Positions 1 through 17,606 of a DNA stretch of 64,000 bases are shown one piece after another. The position numbers and the translations under genes were made by a program. This stretch comes from Daphnia carinata (Eukaryota), in the NCBI RefSeq assembly GCF_022539665.2, contig NC_081331.1:14198001-14262000 (forward strand), in the 5' to 3' direction. The notes beneath the pieces are model-generated. The model had not been told where the DNA came from and ran no database searches. It was given only the letters and a program-made list of their open reading frames with translations. How positions within the stretch are numbered: the first letter of the stretch is position 1; each line of letters starts with the position of its first letter.

Positions 1-496
1 CCATTTATTTCTGATAGAATATAAATTCTTTTTTATGTTTGAATGTGATATAGGCCGACAAAGATGATTTAACAGCAGCAATGAACCAAGTAATTGACTT
101 TATTAACGAGGATTTCGGTTCTTAATGGTTTGAATATTGGTACGTACTTGCTGTGCATTAGTTTTGCATATCATTATTGGCGGTCAGATTGCTTTCCGTA
201 TTCGTTCCATCCCAATTGTATTTTTAATTTTACAAAATTGAAATGTTTTTACCATCGTGGGAATATTCTTTTCGGTCGATGTAAATCATGACATTTTTAT
301 CCTACCTTTAATTGATGTCGAATAAATGTTGCAATTTACAACAGAATCATGGTCATTGATTTTGCACAGCGAACAGATAATACGCTTGCACGACAAGACT
401 AATTTATTTTTTTATCTTTCGGCTGATGTTTCCATTAAACGTGTTTTGCCAATTTTGAGCTTGATTTGATTTTTTACTTAATACTTTACCCTAACA

Positions 497-864
497 AATA
501 AGCCCGACAAAATCAGCCCGGCAAAATAAGCCCGACTTTTTCTATATTATTTTATTTTTTTCAAAAACCCTGATATTATTATAACTAAACATGACGTATA
601 CACACAATTAATCAAGGATCACGATAATAGACATCATTTTCTTGTAGCACTTGTGGTTCCTGAGTTATTCAAATTCAAAAATGACTGTGGTGAAACCACT
701 TTGATTACCTACAAACCGCGCCACAAACGGGAAAACGAATACTTTTTCCTGAATTAGCGTTCAGTTTTGGTTAGTGCAAGTAAGTTTTATAGAATTTCAA
801 GTAAAAATTTTTATCTACATTTTTTAAACGAAAAGTCGGGCTTAAAAAGTCGGGCTTAATGTCG
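497..864. mobile_element. Short non-autonomous inverted-repeat element with subterminal TAAGCCCGAC repeats (MITE/foldback-like)
   Basis: AAGCCCGAC-type repeats at 497-542 face GTCGGGCTT repeats at 831-864. The internal GAAAACGAAT..CTGAAT(T/C)AGCGTT segment recurs at ~56966-56995. Confidence 0.6.
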
Positions 865-2221
865 GATACATTTCGCTTTAACTGCACTTCATTCGATCAA
901 GCATTATTATGAGATTTAAATATCTAAAAAAAATATAGCCTAGCTAACGTTGTTGAAATGTTTCGTTTAGGTGACAAATAAACAGGACTCGATGACATAA
1001 CAGTTTATCTTAACTGCACTCGCATACGCATGATCTTTGTCGAGTCCTACAACGTAACAGGCTTGTTAATTGCCATAATTGGAGCATTGTAGTATTCACG
1101 GATAGTTACCGGCTAGTAGCAGATGTTTGCAGCGGGGATAAACTGCACGAGTTTTAAATTTCAAAGCACGTGTCATCCAAATTTGGATGGCATTGAAATC
1201 GATACTGGGAAAGAGCCACACAAACGGAAAACAACTGCGCATCCCACGAATTTTCAAGAGAATTGATTTCAACAAAAAATTTAAGGTGTGGTTAGAGTCC
1301 AAAAACCTGTTGATTCAACCTTGGAAATTCTAATAGCTTGTCGCCACTTTGTTTTGCTACAAGGCATCGTGATCATCTTCACCACTGATATATAATCAAC
1401 TTTAGTTCAAATTAAGCGTCCTTGAAAAATCACGCAGGTTCAACCGCCATTAAAAATTCCATAAACGGAGCTATTATTTCAAGTTTTTTTTATGTGCAAA
1501 TGCTACTGAAAGTTTATATCTATAACGATTCGGGGAGATCCCGTACGCAGCATCATACTTTAGCTTTCTAATGCGAAAGAAAATGTTGGAATCTCTCACT
1601 AAATATAAAGCCTGCGAACACAATGATGTGATTACAAATCCTGGTTTACCCTGCGTTGATTATACGATGGGTTTTTCGCAGAAAAAGAGAAATTTTCTCT
1701 GTTCCAAATTGAGATCTGGAACAACGTTGAGGCGAATAACCTCGCCAAGCGATAGGTAATGTTCACGAACGTGCGGTACGTCACGTTTTCCATACGTAAA
1801 TCACGTGCCGTTCTGCTACCAAGAAATGCAAGTGACACACAAAGAAAAACCCACTTCTAATTCGCAAGTGCTGATGAACCATTTGAATATCGATTTTGAA
1901 AACAGAAATTCGACGTCGAATGTCTTTATAGAGAGTTTCTGGAAGCAAGAGATTGGAATTCCCAAATTTGGCTTTCCTGTTGCACGATACAAACGTGATT
2001 GCACGCGTGCCGCTTTTTTGCTAGCCAACAGTTTATCGAACTACGTTCAAGTTTTTTTATCGTCGCCCCCCGTCACTTTCTCCACTTGGAAAGTGAATAA
2101 TAAAACATAGCAAACGCGGGTCAATGAAACACCGGGCGTCAAGTTGCCTTTATAAACCACCGGCATTCGAACCACTTCCAGTCGATTACTGAACACAGGA
2201 ACAACAAGCCAGAACCACAAA

Positions 2222-2560
2222 ATGATGGCCATTCGATTACTTTTGCTCGTCGTCCTTACCTGCATGTGCCTCACCTTCGTTTCTGCCGCTCCACGTAAGT
2301 TGCTGATACATCAGACCGTTTTAATGTCCGTCATTTATTTTATGGTATTAATTTCACGTTCGTTTGTCACAGAGAACCGAGTGAGTCGTGCTGCTGGCTG
2401 TTACCAGCCAATGGAAAAAGGATTATGTCGGGGACTTTTTCAGCGCTACTACTACAACCCATCGAGCAGATCCTGCCAGTCTTTCATCTACAGCGGCTGC
2501 GGGGAGAACGGCAACAACTTTCGCTCTTTCGGCGAATGCAGTCAAACGTGTCAGAGTTAA
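2222..2560 (+). CDS. Secreted Kunitz/BPTI-type serine protease inhibitor, P1 Arg (exons 2222-2294, 2373-2560)
   Basis: TATA box at ~2150 and a signal peptide exon. Six-Cys Kunitz pattern CYQPMEKGLCRGLFQRYYYN...CQSFIYSGCGENGNNFRSFGECSQTC. Phase-1 GT-AG intron. Confidence 0.92.
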   Translation: MMAIRLLLLVVLTCMCLTFVSAAPRKLLIHQTVLMSVIYFMVLISRSFVTENRVSRAAGCYQPMEKGLCRGLFQRYYYNPSSRSCQSFIYSGCGENGNNFRSFGECSQTCQS

Positions 2561-4563
2561 ACGAATGTTTAGTACTTCTTTTACGTTACATAACAAAATC
2601 AAACTGCCTTCATTTTCATGTCTCTATCGACTTGTTTAAATTTGATCATGTTCTGGCATATATTTATATACATGAAATAACTTTGATTTTCCATCGCAGT
2701 GTTGAAATAAAGATTATTTTTCAAATCAATTTGATTTAATGAAACACATGCAACTAGGTGTGTTCTATACAGAACTGTATGCATCTATAAAATTCATAGA
2801 CTCTTAAGGAAATGCGATGCTTCACTGGACTTGTAAATCGCCTTTAAAGGTGCGACGAGCATAAATAAATAACAAGTTATATCTATTAAGTGCAATCAAA
2901 TAAACAAGGGTGTGGTTTTCTAAAATCAAGGATGAGAACAATAGACCTTGACAAACATTTGACACATGCGCGACACACGGGTCAGGTGAAGAACTCGTTC
3001 TGTCCTCATTTTCAAGTATTGTTTCAACATTAATACTATCTTAATTGCAATCAACTTAAAACCCTTTTTGTACTATGGTTTGAATCGCTTGTTTCTATTG
3101 GCTATCTAGCATCATTAATCATTGCAGGATGAGTCGTGCATTGAGATTTTTTTTTAGCTGCTAGGTCTTTGCAGGATATTGACCCCGAGTCTGATGGGGC
3201 GTTTCTCTTCTTCGCCAAGTTTTTCGTTTTTATTTTTCAAGGCCCTTTTTTTCGGCACGAAAAACGGCCGAGAAACAAGTTTTTAATCTGCAATTCAAAA
3301 GCGGTTCCTTAAAAAAAAAAAAATGAACGAATTTCATTTTTTTACCCTGTACGGTTTCATTCTTGGCTAATTCCATCTTGCAGACTACATCGTTAATTTA
3401 CTACAGGAAATTACTACAAATGAATCAAGGTCTCAATAAACTAAGGTAATTAAATGGCAATCATTTTTCCTTGAAAGACTGCAATATCTGAACTTAGGAA
3501 ATCAACCGTTGCGTTAATAGGAGCAATGTCAACATCTGTAACCGAAATAGCCAAAACTAAAAAACCGAACGTTATCCAAGGATAAAACAACTGTGCATTA
3601 AAAAGGACAAAAATAATTTTCTTTTATTGCACGACGAAGGCATGAAATTGAATATTGCAACATGTAAAAGCGTTTGGTTTGGGCCGGATTTTCTGCCGAA
3701 TTCCGCAGGCTAGACAGGCAATCTGATTCGGGAATTTAGGCACTGGAACCTGTTTTCACGCTAAAAGCTGTAAGGTTTTTGAAGACGCATTTTGGAAACC
3801 TACATATATTTGCTCTATATAAGGATTTATGCCCCTTTTCATCTTACTGCGTCGTATGTACTCTACTTAAGGATACATACAGCCATTCTGCTGAATTTGG
3901 CATATAACTTAAATTCTAGCTTTCAAATTACAAATCGTTCGTTGCGCTCTCCATTTCAACTATTATTTTTCAAATTAACAATAAGCACATTTCTCTGTGC
4001 CAAAAAAAACAGGATAAACAACTTTAAGCTGAGTAACATAGAACATTTAATTTTCGGAACTGTTGAAAATAATATTTTAAACGCGCGCTTGGATTACTAT
4101 GTAATATCCTGTGGAGCGCGCACTTGACTTGAAATAATTCCGCAACGTACGAGATGATTTTTTTTTTTCCCATTTAGAAAATGGTTATACCGGAGGCTAT
4201 AGAAAACAAAAGGCGCTACCTGTTTTCTCGTAAATCGGAGATGTTGAAAAATTCAGCGATGCGGCAAACCAGTTTTTATCCTGGTACGCATCTTCCCATT
4301 CGATCTGAGTCTTCTTTTCCTTCTAGACGAGTTGTGTTTTTTTTTTTTTTACTATAAGCAAGTCCGATTTTTTTTTGTCTTTTTCCCAAGGATGACTTTG
4401 CGAGGTCATCTGGAATTTGGCAGTTAATGAAATAGGTGTAGCCAGCGTGTCAGCGGACCTATAAAGACCGGCCGATCGGCTCTTCTTCCTCAGTTGAAAC
4501 ACAGAAATTGCAAACGATACAACCACTTTGCTCTGTCTACTCGCCTACACCCAACAATACAAA

Positions 4564-4992
4564 ATGTCCAAGACTTGTATCGTCATGCTTTGCCTCGTCG
4601 CCCTCGCCATGGCTGTCCCTCGTAAGTTAAAAAAAAAAAAATAGAATTCTAATTGCCATCACGTTTTTTCCTTTGATTTCAACTGCCAATTAAATGAATT
4701 GCAACTGTCGTTTTCAACAGAGCCGGCACCGCAAGTGCGAGCCCTCAAGTTGGACCCCGTTTGCCTCCTGCCTCCCATTGCGGACCCCACCAAGAATTGC
4801 AACAACTTCTCCGTCAGGTGGTACTTTGACGCTGTCGATGGTGACTGCGAAGACTTTGTCTATTCCGGATGCGGAGGCTCTGCGAACGTCTTTGAAAGCG
4901 AATTTGCTTGCGAGGTCCGCTGCGAGCACGTCCATGATCGTTTGAACAGCTTCGAGAGCGCCGAAAGCGCTGAATTTGTTCTTGGAAAATAA
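4564..4992 (+). CDS. Secreted Kunitz-domain protein with atypical binding loop and acidic tail (exons 4564-4621, 4721-4992)
   Basis: TATA box at ~4460 and signal peptide MSKTCIVMLCLVALAMAVP. Domain CLLPPIADPTKNCNNFSVRWYFD...CEDFVYSGCGGSANVFESEFACEVRC. Confidence 0.9.
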
Positions 4993-5715
4993 GCAATGTC
5001 TTTTCTCAATGTGCATGTAATTGTTACCTGTTTCGAGGAATTTAATTTCAATTAATTTTAATAATGGCTTATCGCCAGCTCATATTTGTTGACATTGTAG
5101 CAACCAGTCTGTTATAGCCTCAATGTAATCCGCTTAGCTCACTGTTTTCATTAGAATACATACACGAATTTTGTTTTTAAAAACTATTCCAAATTTGTTC
5201 TCGAATTATTCAGTCGCATCTAATTATTCAACAACGAAAAATAACATTGGAAATTATCATAATTCCGATGAATATGTACGTGCATAGATTATTCCATTTC
5301 CAGTTCAGGTGAATACTATCGTTGATGCACGGCAATTGCGCAATAGATTTCTGAATTTTACTAAACAAAAACAAAAGAAAACGAGTAAAGCAACACGCCC
5401 GGGGAATGAACTGTAAACCGGATAGTGATATGCAATTTTTTTTTGGTATAGTTTGCGGGATTTGTTGATTCCCTTGCCTGCAGGACAACATTTTCCGTTG
5501 GAAGGAGGGCGGTGAATGATGCAGCAGTTACCCCATCCCAGTTACAAGTGGTTATCATCTACTTTTTTTGTCGCTATCTGATGCAAGTGCATGAGCCATT
5601 TTCCGTATCACTATAAATACGGGCCATCCAACTGCTTCCTTGTTCACTTGAACGCGGCAAAAGGTCGACGAACGTCAAATTTCTCCCCACTCTAGTTCGC
5701 ACAACTCAACCGACA

Positions 5716-6178
5716 ATGTCGAACGTTTACGTTTTATTGCTTTGTCTCATTGCCTTTGCTTCAGCGGCTCCTCGTAAGTAAACATTTAGCATTTACACAA
5801 ATGCGGAAGGTTAACGTTGATTCGTATAATTAACGCGTGCAATCATTAAATCTGCCATTTTTCACGATTGAATTCACAGAAGGTTCACTTCCTCTGTTCG
5901 TGCAAGAACCGGTACCGATTAATCCGGTTTGCCTATTGGCCCCAATCAATCCAACGGTGCGTTGTAATAACTTCTCGCTTAAATGGTACTACGATCCAAG
6001 GACCAGGGACTGCGAAAAAATCCTGTACTCTGGATGTGGTGGCTCTAAAAATCTTTTCAACTCCGAAAACGCCTGCGAGAGGCTTTGCGACTATGACAAT
6101 TTCGACAGCTATGAGAGTGCCGAAGACTACTATGATTACCAGCCCACCTACAAGTACTTCACCTTTGGAAAAAAATGA
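5716..6178 (+). CDS. Secreted Kunitz-domain protein with atypical binding loop and Tyr/Asp-rich tail (exons 5716-5773, 5880-6178)
   Basis: TATA box at ~5612 and signal peptide MSNVYVLLLCLIAFASAAP. Domain CLLAPINPTVRCNNFSLKWYYD...CEKILYSGCGGSKNLFNSENACERLC. Confidence 0.9.
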
Positions 6179-6548
6179 TTTGATTTTGTCCCAGTTGTTA
6201 TTTTCCAAACGCGTTGTTTTGTTAAGCCATTAATATTTAACTTTTTGCTGTTACATTAGAAAATTGTTTGCCATTTGGTGCAATTTAGTTAAAGTGGCTT
6301 TCATCTTTTTGAATAAACTGCGTCTGATTGCAAAAAACAACAAGAATTTAAAAAAAATTTAGATTAGAAATTGGTATTTTTCTACTGCGAAAAAGTTTAA
6401 TTGAACTTTTCTGGCAACGTCGCATTTGCGTCTTTCTCCGGTTTTCATTCAGACAACAAGTCGGCTGCGAAGTCAAACGAATCACTTTGCAGCCGTTTTA
6501 AAACACACTTTTCTCTTTTCTTCTTGATTACAGTCATATATTGTCATT

Positions 6549-10329
<3,781 letters not shown>

Positions 10330-13300
10330 ATGCCTCATTAAACCCCTCTTTCTCTCTGGGTACCCTATGATTGATGTATTTCTCCCTATCGCCTGTCGGT
10401 TTTGATAATTATCGACTCGAATTTACCGAATAAAATCGATAGATGCAGTGAAAGTGGCATTTCTCGTTTATCGATTTGGTTCAATCAATTTTTGCCCTTT
10501 TTTATGCATTGATTAATTTCTTTCTTTTTTTTTTTCTTTTCTTTAGATATCTGCGGAGGTATGGGAGGAATGTGCCGAAAGAATTCCGCCATCATCGTAT
10601 GATTGCAAAAAGGAGCGGAAAATAATAATGGCCCCGGTGCGCACTCGTGCCGGCCAAATATCGATCCGTCGAGTTAACGGTAAGTGACTTTGTGTTTCCG
10701 CCTAAACATTCTTGGAACCCAAACCTTAAATCTTGTTTGCTTCGTGATCAGTCGACCGTTTTTTTCCGCCCCTCTATTTATCAATATGCAAAACGGTTGC
10801 GTAAAGCGCAGCCAAAAAGAGCGATTCGTTCAATTTCTGATTTTTTGGATGGGATTTAACCAAATTTTCCTTTGTGTTTGCTTTGTTTTTTGAGTGTAGA
10901 GGGGAGGAGGGCGTAAAAGCAGCGAGTGTGAGAGAGCATTAAAAATACAAATGTCGTGAATACCGAACAGGAGTCGTCCGTGGAGGACGTGACGACCGAC
11001 GCGTAAGCCCCGCCGAAAACTTAAAAAACCTATTGGCTTTTCCTTTTTTTTTTTTTTTTCTTCTGGAGAAACAAACTTTCGGAATGCCAATGTTTCATTC
11101 TCAACGCCTCTAAAAAAACGTTTGCTCTCGCATGTGTTGGATGGTGGGTTTGTGTGTACTGGCTCTTCCGCTTTTGTTGATTGAAATTTCTTTTTTTTTT
11201 TTTTTTCCCTTTGTTCCAGTGAATTGTCCAGTAAATTGTTGATAAAGAGTCTACACGATTAAAGTGCGTGGATGGATGTGTGCGCGAGCGACGCCGGATG
11301 TTTGTAAACGACGTGACATGCAGGTAGGGTCTGTGTATTGTAATACCTGGAAAGCCGTCTGAACTCGACGTCGCGTGCGCCCAGTTGAAAAAGACTGGAA
11401 GAAAAGCGCGTTACGTAAAGACGGCTGTCGCCAAGTCGTCGTTTTTGGCCGCAATTTTTGTAGTCAAAGAAGAAGAGACCTGGAATAGCGCAGTGAGAGT
11501 GAGGCCATAAATCGTGTGAAGCGGCAGGCGGTCGGCGCTAGCGGATCGATGCCAAGACAAAAGAACTGGGAAGAAGCAAAAAAAACAAACAATTGTGATG
11601 AACTGAAAGACGAGAAAGCGACATTTTGGCAAAAGCATCAAATGGCCAAAGTGTTGGTCCACCCGGTGCCCACCTTTCATATTTCCGAATTTAGCTGACG
11701 AGCCACACCCCTTCTTTTGAACGTCGGAAGAAAAATGATTCAGAACGAAGCCAACGCCAAATATAGGTCAACAGTTGTCATGTCGATCCTTTTTGTGACT
11801 ACGCCCCGTGTCAATCTAAAATACGCCGAGGAGTCACAGTGGACGAAAAAAACAGCGTGCGCGTTCCAAAATTCTCTCGAAACGCCAAGGACCGAAACGA
11901 CGCTTCTTGATAGACTCTCCCTCCTCTATGTAATATGCTGTGCGTGACGATGCTGATGCCAGCTGATGCCTGTCAATGTGACAGACGACGAGGCAATCCC
12001 GCGTCTGCGGTAATTCTGGTAGGCAGTTTTCTTTCTATTCTATAACCGTAAGAATAGACACGCCGAACTAATCTCTTTTCCATTCTTATTGGATATATTC
12101 ATGTTCGCGTTGTCATGTCGGACCAGAGACCAAGTGGCAGCAGCTGCTTCCCAAAGAAAAAGGGAAGCAATTGACAAGACGGCTAGTGGATTTTGCTCGC
12201 CTTTTAATCGACATGTCCTTATGCAAATTTAGCGTAGGTGCGAGAAAGGGTAAGTCGATTTATATATTCAAAAGGCAAATAATTGTGTGCGTGTCGTACG
12301 GGATTCCGCCTGACGTCATCACGTGGCGTCAATGTCAACACGATCTTGCACAGCTGTGAAATAAATGTAAGCGGATAGAAACGGAGATGAAGCGGGGCGT
12401 TGGTAAAAATTAGCGACCCACGGCATTGAGCCATCGTCATGAATGAGTTGATTGAAAACGCACATCATCCTCGCAATCAGTAGCCACCAAGAAAAGCGGT
12501 GGGAGTTTATTCACATTTTTTCCTCATGTTGTACACAAGTCAAAGTTGGTAAAGCGGGACAGAAGCTACTCTTTTGGATTCGGAACACGGACGGACCCAT
12601 TTTTATTTTCGTCTTCTTCCTCAGCTTTAAAATAAAAAAATTCTTTTTTCGGTAAGTAAATCACCAGCATTTGAAGTGCATGCGGCGCCGTGACGCCATC
12701 ACGTATTCAATTGAGGTCAATGTCGGCCTCAGTGGGGGACGGTAAAAATACCGAAATTGGGAACGCGGGTAAATTTTTAAAAAGGCCCAGTTTTTTTTTT
12801 TTTTTTGTTTACCCCGCCATTCAATTAGTCAAATAGCTTAAGAGTTATTCGTTTAAACTCGACAGATTGCAGCTGGCCGCACCCTTCACTGTTTCACGAG
12901 TGTGACGTCATCGGCCAAATTGGAAAAGGATCAAAATTGAGACCTCCTCCTCCCGCGTGACAGGAAAGAAATCGACCGAGCAAAAAAAAAAAAAAATAAC
13001 GGGATGCGAAGAAGCGTCCAAAATAATTAGAAGAAAAAGAAATGCCTCACTTTGTAGAAGAAAAAAAAAAAATAGGAAGAGGATCCGCCCACCTCTGGCG
13101 CCCAGCAGAGTGCCTGTCCGTCCCCTGGCGGGCATATGCTATTGGTCTATTCTCTCCCGGTGTCCTATATGGCGGGTGTGTGACTTGAAACACGTAAGAG
13201 ATAGGCGGCCACGTCGTCTTTCTGATCGGTGCTCTTAAAACGGGAGGCAAACAACTCACCAAACCCTCCTGAAATAAAAACAAAAAAATTGGGGGGGTTA

Positions 13301-13879
13301 AACCTTCCACGAAAGAGGCAACAGCAGCTGATGGGCATTCAGTTGGTTGCGACCGTGGCGACTCGAATGTGGACCCGTTTGCCTCTGAAAACACTTTCAA
13401 AGTGAGTCCAGTGCTGCCCGCTTTTTTGCAATAATGGAAAAGAGTTGAATTCCATCGTCTTGTGATTTCGAGAGAAAACAAAAGGTAGAACACAACACAC
13501 ATTGATGAAAGATTTGCGCGCCTCGTGAGCTACTTGTACTTTTCAGTTGTTGCCGGGCCACACATCACGCTAGCAAAAGACGGACTCATCAGTCAACTCC
13601 GCGCTTTATCGGCCATAATTTTATCCGCCCTATTTTTTTTTTGTTTTGTTTTTTGTTTTTTCGTTTGATTGTTTTCTCTGCTATTCTCTGGCGAGCAGTG
13701 GTAGCGTGTCCGGCAATTGCTTCCAAACGGCATTGACGGATCGTAAGCAAGAGCCGATCCATTTCCTTGCGTGCGGTCCGAATAGGAAAGTGTGTTGCCA
13801 TCTCGATTTTTGGTTCGTTGAGACACAAAAAGAAACGGACGGTTTTGACTAGGCAAAAAAAAAAAAAAAAAAAAAAACA

Positions 13880-16800
13880 ATGGCCGGCCAATGGAACAGC
13901 AGCAAAAGTTATTGGAAATGGCTGCTCTACCTTTCCATTTTGTTGGCCATTTTGGCTGAAGGCGAAGGCCAGCAACAACAGCAAGTACAGCGGCAAGAGC
14001 AACAAAGACAACGACCCATCAGGGATGGAACTCGTCGTCAACGAAGACATCGAACGGACAAAGCCAAACTGATCCAGCATTACCTCAAGAAAAACGGCCG
14101 ATTGGAAGGAATGGTCCGTATCGTTGACGGTGTCCATCCCAACGAAGGTAATGTGCCACAACTTTCAATTCTGTTTTCCATTCAATTTAAATGATTAATC
14201 AATAACAAAAAAGGGAACGTTGAGATTTATCATTCGGGCAAATGGGGATCCATTTGCGACGATGAGTGGGATCTTCGTGAAGCGACGGTTGTCTGCCGTG
14301 AGCTGGGCTTCTCCGACGTCGTCCTAGAAACGCACAACTCCATGTACGGTCCTGCCAGGTGTAAGTAGACGCTATTGAATTGGCCCTCCTTCTAACATTT
14401 CAAAAATAAAACAAAAATCACGATCGAAAGCCCCACCTCCTTTCGCTTGTTGTTTATCCTCTTGAAAATTCATTTCTTTTTTGAGTAATGATGATGACGT
14501 CAAACTGTTTCTCAACTGACCGTAATAATAGATCCGTTTTGGATGGACAACCTCTACTGCGTCGGAAGTGAAAATAACTTGACGGATTGCCGCTTCGATG
14601 GTTGGGGCATCAGCGATTGCGAAGAATCAGAAGCCGCTGGCGTCATTTGCAAACCTGGCCCTTTATCCAAATTGAGCGTCGCGACAACAACGATGAGTCC
14701 CACGACGACATCAACAACAACGACGACGACGACGACGACGACGGTCAAGACAATATCTAATAGTAGCGATAGCAGCGCTGGCGATGCATCAGTGACGAAA
14801 CGTCTGCAACAAGATATGGCTCCAGCTATGCGCATCAAGGTATGACTAATGGAGTCTATTAATGACAATCCGGCATCCTTAAAAATAACGTACGACCTAT
14901 TTGGCACTAACCCTACATCCTATGTGTGTATGTGTGACCGTAATAGACTACGTAGGTTTTTGAGGTAGACTAAATAAGGTAGACAATCGATGGCAAAACA
15001 AACAGTTTGGCAAACGATTGTTTGAATTTTTTTTTTTTTTATTTGCACGTGCCCCAGGATGTTGTCGGCAGTAAAAGCAAGATCCGCTTACGCGGCGGCC
15101 GGGCCAAAGAAGAAGGACGCGTTGAAGTCAAAATCGGTCAGGGACGATTGATGTCAAAGATTGACGTAATTGAGATTCGCAATGTTTCGTTGGCAGGCGC
15201 CAACGATTGGGGACTCGTTTGCGGCGACGGTTGGAGTTTATTTGAGGCTGGCGTCGTGTGTCGCGAATTGGGACTTGGCTACGCGCAAAACGCTTTGCAG
15301 ACGGATTTTTTCGGTGGCAATCGCAGTTCGCTCGTCCTCAGTGGCGTCCGTTGTCACGGATCGGAGAAATCTCTCATCGACTGTCTGCACGATCGTTTCG
15401 GCGCCGTCAGCTGTCCAGGCTCCGCCAACAACATCGCGTCCGTCGTCTGCGCTTCAGGTCTAAACAAAATTCAGACACTCAAAAACAACGTACTCATCTT
15501 TTTTTTTTTTTTTTTATAAATAAAATAGAAATGGCGGACTTGGTGCCGGACCACCTGGAAATGATGCGGACGGCCCACCTGGAAGACCGTCAGCTCTTCT
15601 TCTTGCAGTGCGCCATGGAGGAGAATTGCCTGGCAGCGTCGGCCTACCAAGTGCAAAAGGACGACCCGTACGGATGGCACCTGGAGACGCGACGTCTCCT
15701 CCGCTTCACGGCCCGCATCGCCAACCTGGGCACCGCCGACTTTCGGCCTTTCATTCCCAAACACATGTGGGAATGGCACGCCTGTCACATGTAAGTCGAT
15801 CTAACCGAAAGGTGTCCATTCTTCTGTTGCCTCGTTTTATGCGGAAAATTAAGGCGGGTATTATAGCACTTTGAGCGCTTAACTCTCGTCTCGCCGGGCT
15901 TTGAAAGCTCCCTCCTTTGGCATAATAATGAGGCTAGCACTTTGAATCAAAGTGGGATCGTCGGTCGCCATTTACTTTGAAAGAAACTGTTGTCGGCAAA
16001 TGGCATTATCGCGATGAGGTACCAAGGCGAGTTACTCGGCCTTTTACACATTACAAAGAGAAATGCTTGAAAATTTCTTATTGATCGCCATATGTGCCAA
16101 TCGTTGTCAGAACGCACGAATGTGCGGTTTTCCTCGTCATGGCAGAATGTTGCAAGCGTGCACAATGGCCGCAGAGGAAGCACTTTGGATGATTTAGACA
16201 AAAAGGCACGTGCCGTTTGGCTTATTTGAATTGGCGTTGTCATGGGCCACTAACGGTCGTCATTCATCGGCCAAATGATCGCCAATTGCCTATGTTTAAC
16301 GCTGCCTTGTTACGTTGCCGTTTGGGCCTCCGTCTTTAACTAAATTGGCACATTTCCTTAAACTCAACTGATTGAAGCGAGAGATTTTTGTTTACAATTG
16401 AACCCCCCCCCCCCCTTCTAAATTGAATGAACGTGTTGAAAGACTATTGACTTAAGCAGCAACCACGCCCGAAAGGGTTGTGCAAAAAAATCGATACTGA
16501 AGACTTGAAATCTGTTTACAAAAACAAGGCAGAGTTATGGCGATTCTGATTTGCTCTTGTTTGTGTGCGGCTATCGTTGCGGGACACGCCACTCGTGTGA
16601 CCTACATCCAACAACAAAAAGGCAAACAATAGAACTTGGTATTTAAAAAAAAAAAAAAAAAAAAAAAGGATTCTTTTGATCAAGTATTGCGCACAATCAC
16701 GCCATTTATTGGGCCCCTTTTTTTTCCCGATTGAGAGGGTCAACAAGTTGCAACTAAGAATCGATGACCTTTTTTCTTTTGTGATGGAATCCAAACTAGG

Positions 16801-17606
16801 CACTATCACAGTATGGAAGTGTTTGCCCATTTCGACATCATCAACTCTTCCGGGGTGAAAGTGGCCGAGGGACACAAAGCCTCTTTCTGCCTGGAGGACA
16901 ACCAGTGCAGCAACTACGCCGAGCCGGTCTACAAGTGCGCCAACTACGGCGACCAGGGCATCTCCGTCAACTGCACCGACACTTATGCCTACAACATTGA
17001 TTGCCAGTGGATCGACATCACCGACATTGATCCCGGCATCTACACTTTCAAGGTATATTTAGACTTCAAAAAAAAAGCAGACCTTTAGGCTAGTTGATTA
17101 AGGGCTCCCATCTTCCGTCAACACGCATTGATTGGGTAGAAGGCGAAACGTTCAATCGGGATCGCTTTATCGCCTTCGAAAATGGGATAAAAAGAATGAA
17201 CGTCCATCTCAATTATATGCATGACGGCTAGTGAAATGTCTAGAAAGTTCTTTCATGCAGGAAAGCACTCAGCGCATCCGGCTAATGTTACATGGACGGA
17301 CCGCTCACACGAGGGAAATTCCTTTCATGTATTGCCCTACTAATATTGTGCCGTGTAATTACGGCGTGATTGAGGGTGGGGGGGGGGGGGCGGAGTTCAC
17401 TTGATAAATGCTTTTGATTATGACTACTAGAGTTTAGGACATTTTTGGATAATGTGTTGATCTCGTTTGCGTGTGTGCAATAGGTGGTGATCAATCCGGA
17501 ATTCAAGGTGGCCGAAATGTCGTTCGACAACAACGCCGTCGTCTGCACGCTCTACTACGGACAACAATACGCCACGCTCTTCAATTGTTCACTCCAACGT
17601 CCTTGA
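13880..17606 (+). CDS. Loxl: Lysyl oxidase homolog, LOXL2/3/4-type: signal peptide, two SRCR domains, LOX catalytic domain (exons 13880-14147, 14214-14360, 14532-14839, 15058-15136, 15197-15457, 15529-15790, 16800-17052, 17484-17606)
   Basis: SRCR motifs GNVEIYHSGKWGSICDDEWD and EGRVEV..WGLVCGDGW. Copper-binding WEWHACHMHYHSM is formed across the 15790/16800 junction. LTQ-forming Lys (AEGHKASFCLED) and Tyr (DTYAYNIDCQWIDITD) are present. Confidence 0.95.

Noticed and set aside
960..2000. Possible exon fragments upstream of the Kunitz cluster
   Set aside because: The frames are interrupted by stops and no domain is recognisable, so I cannot support a gene call.
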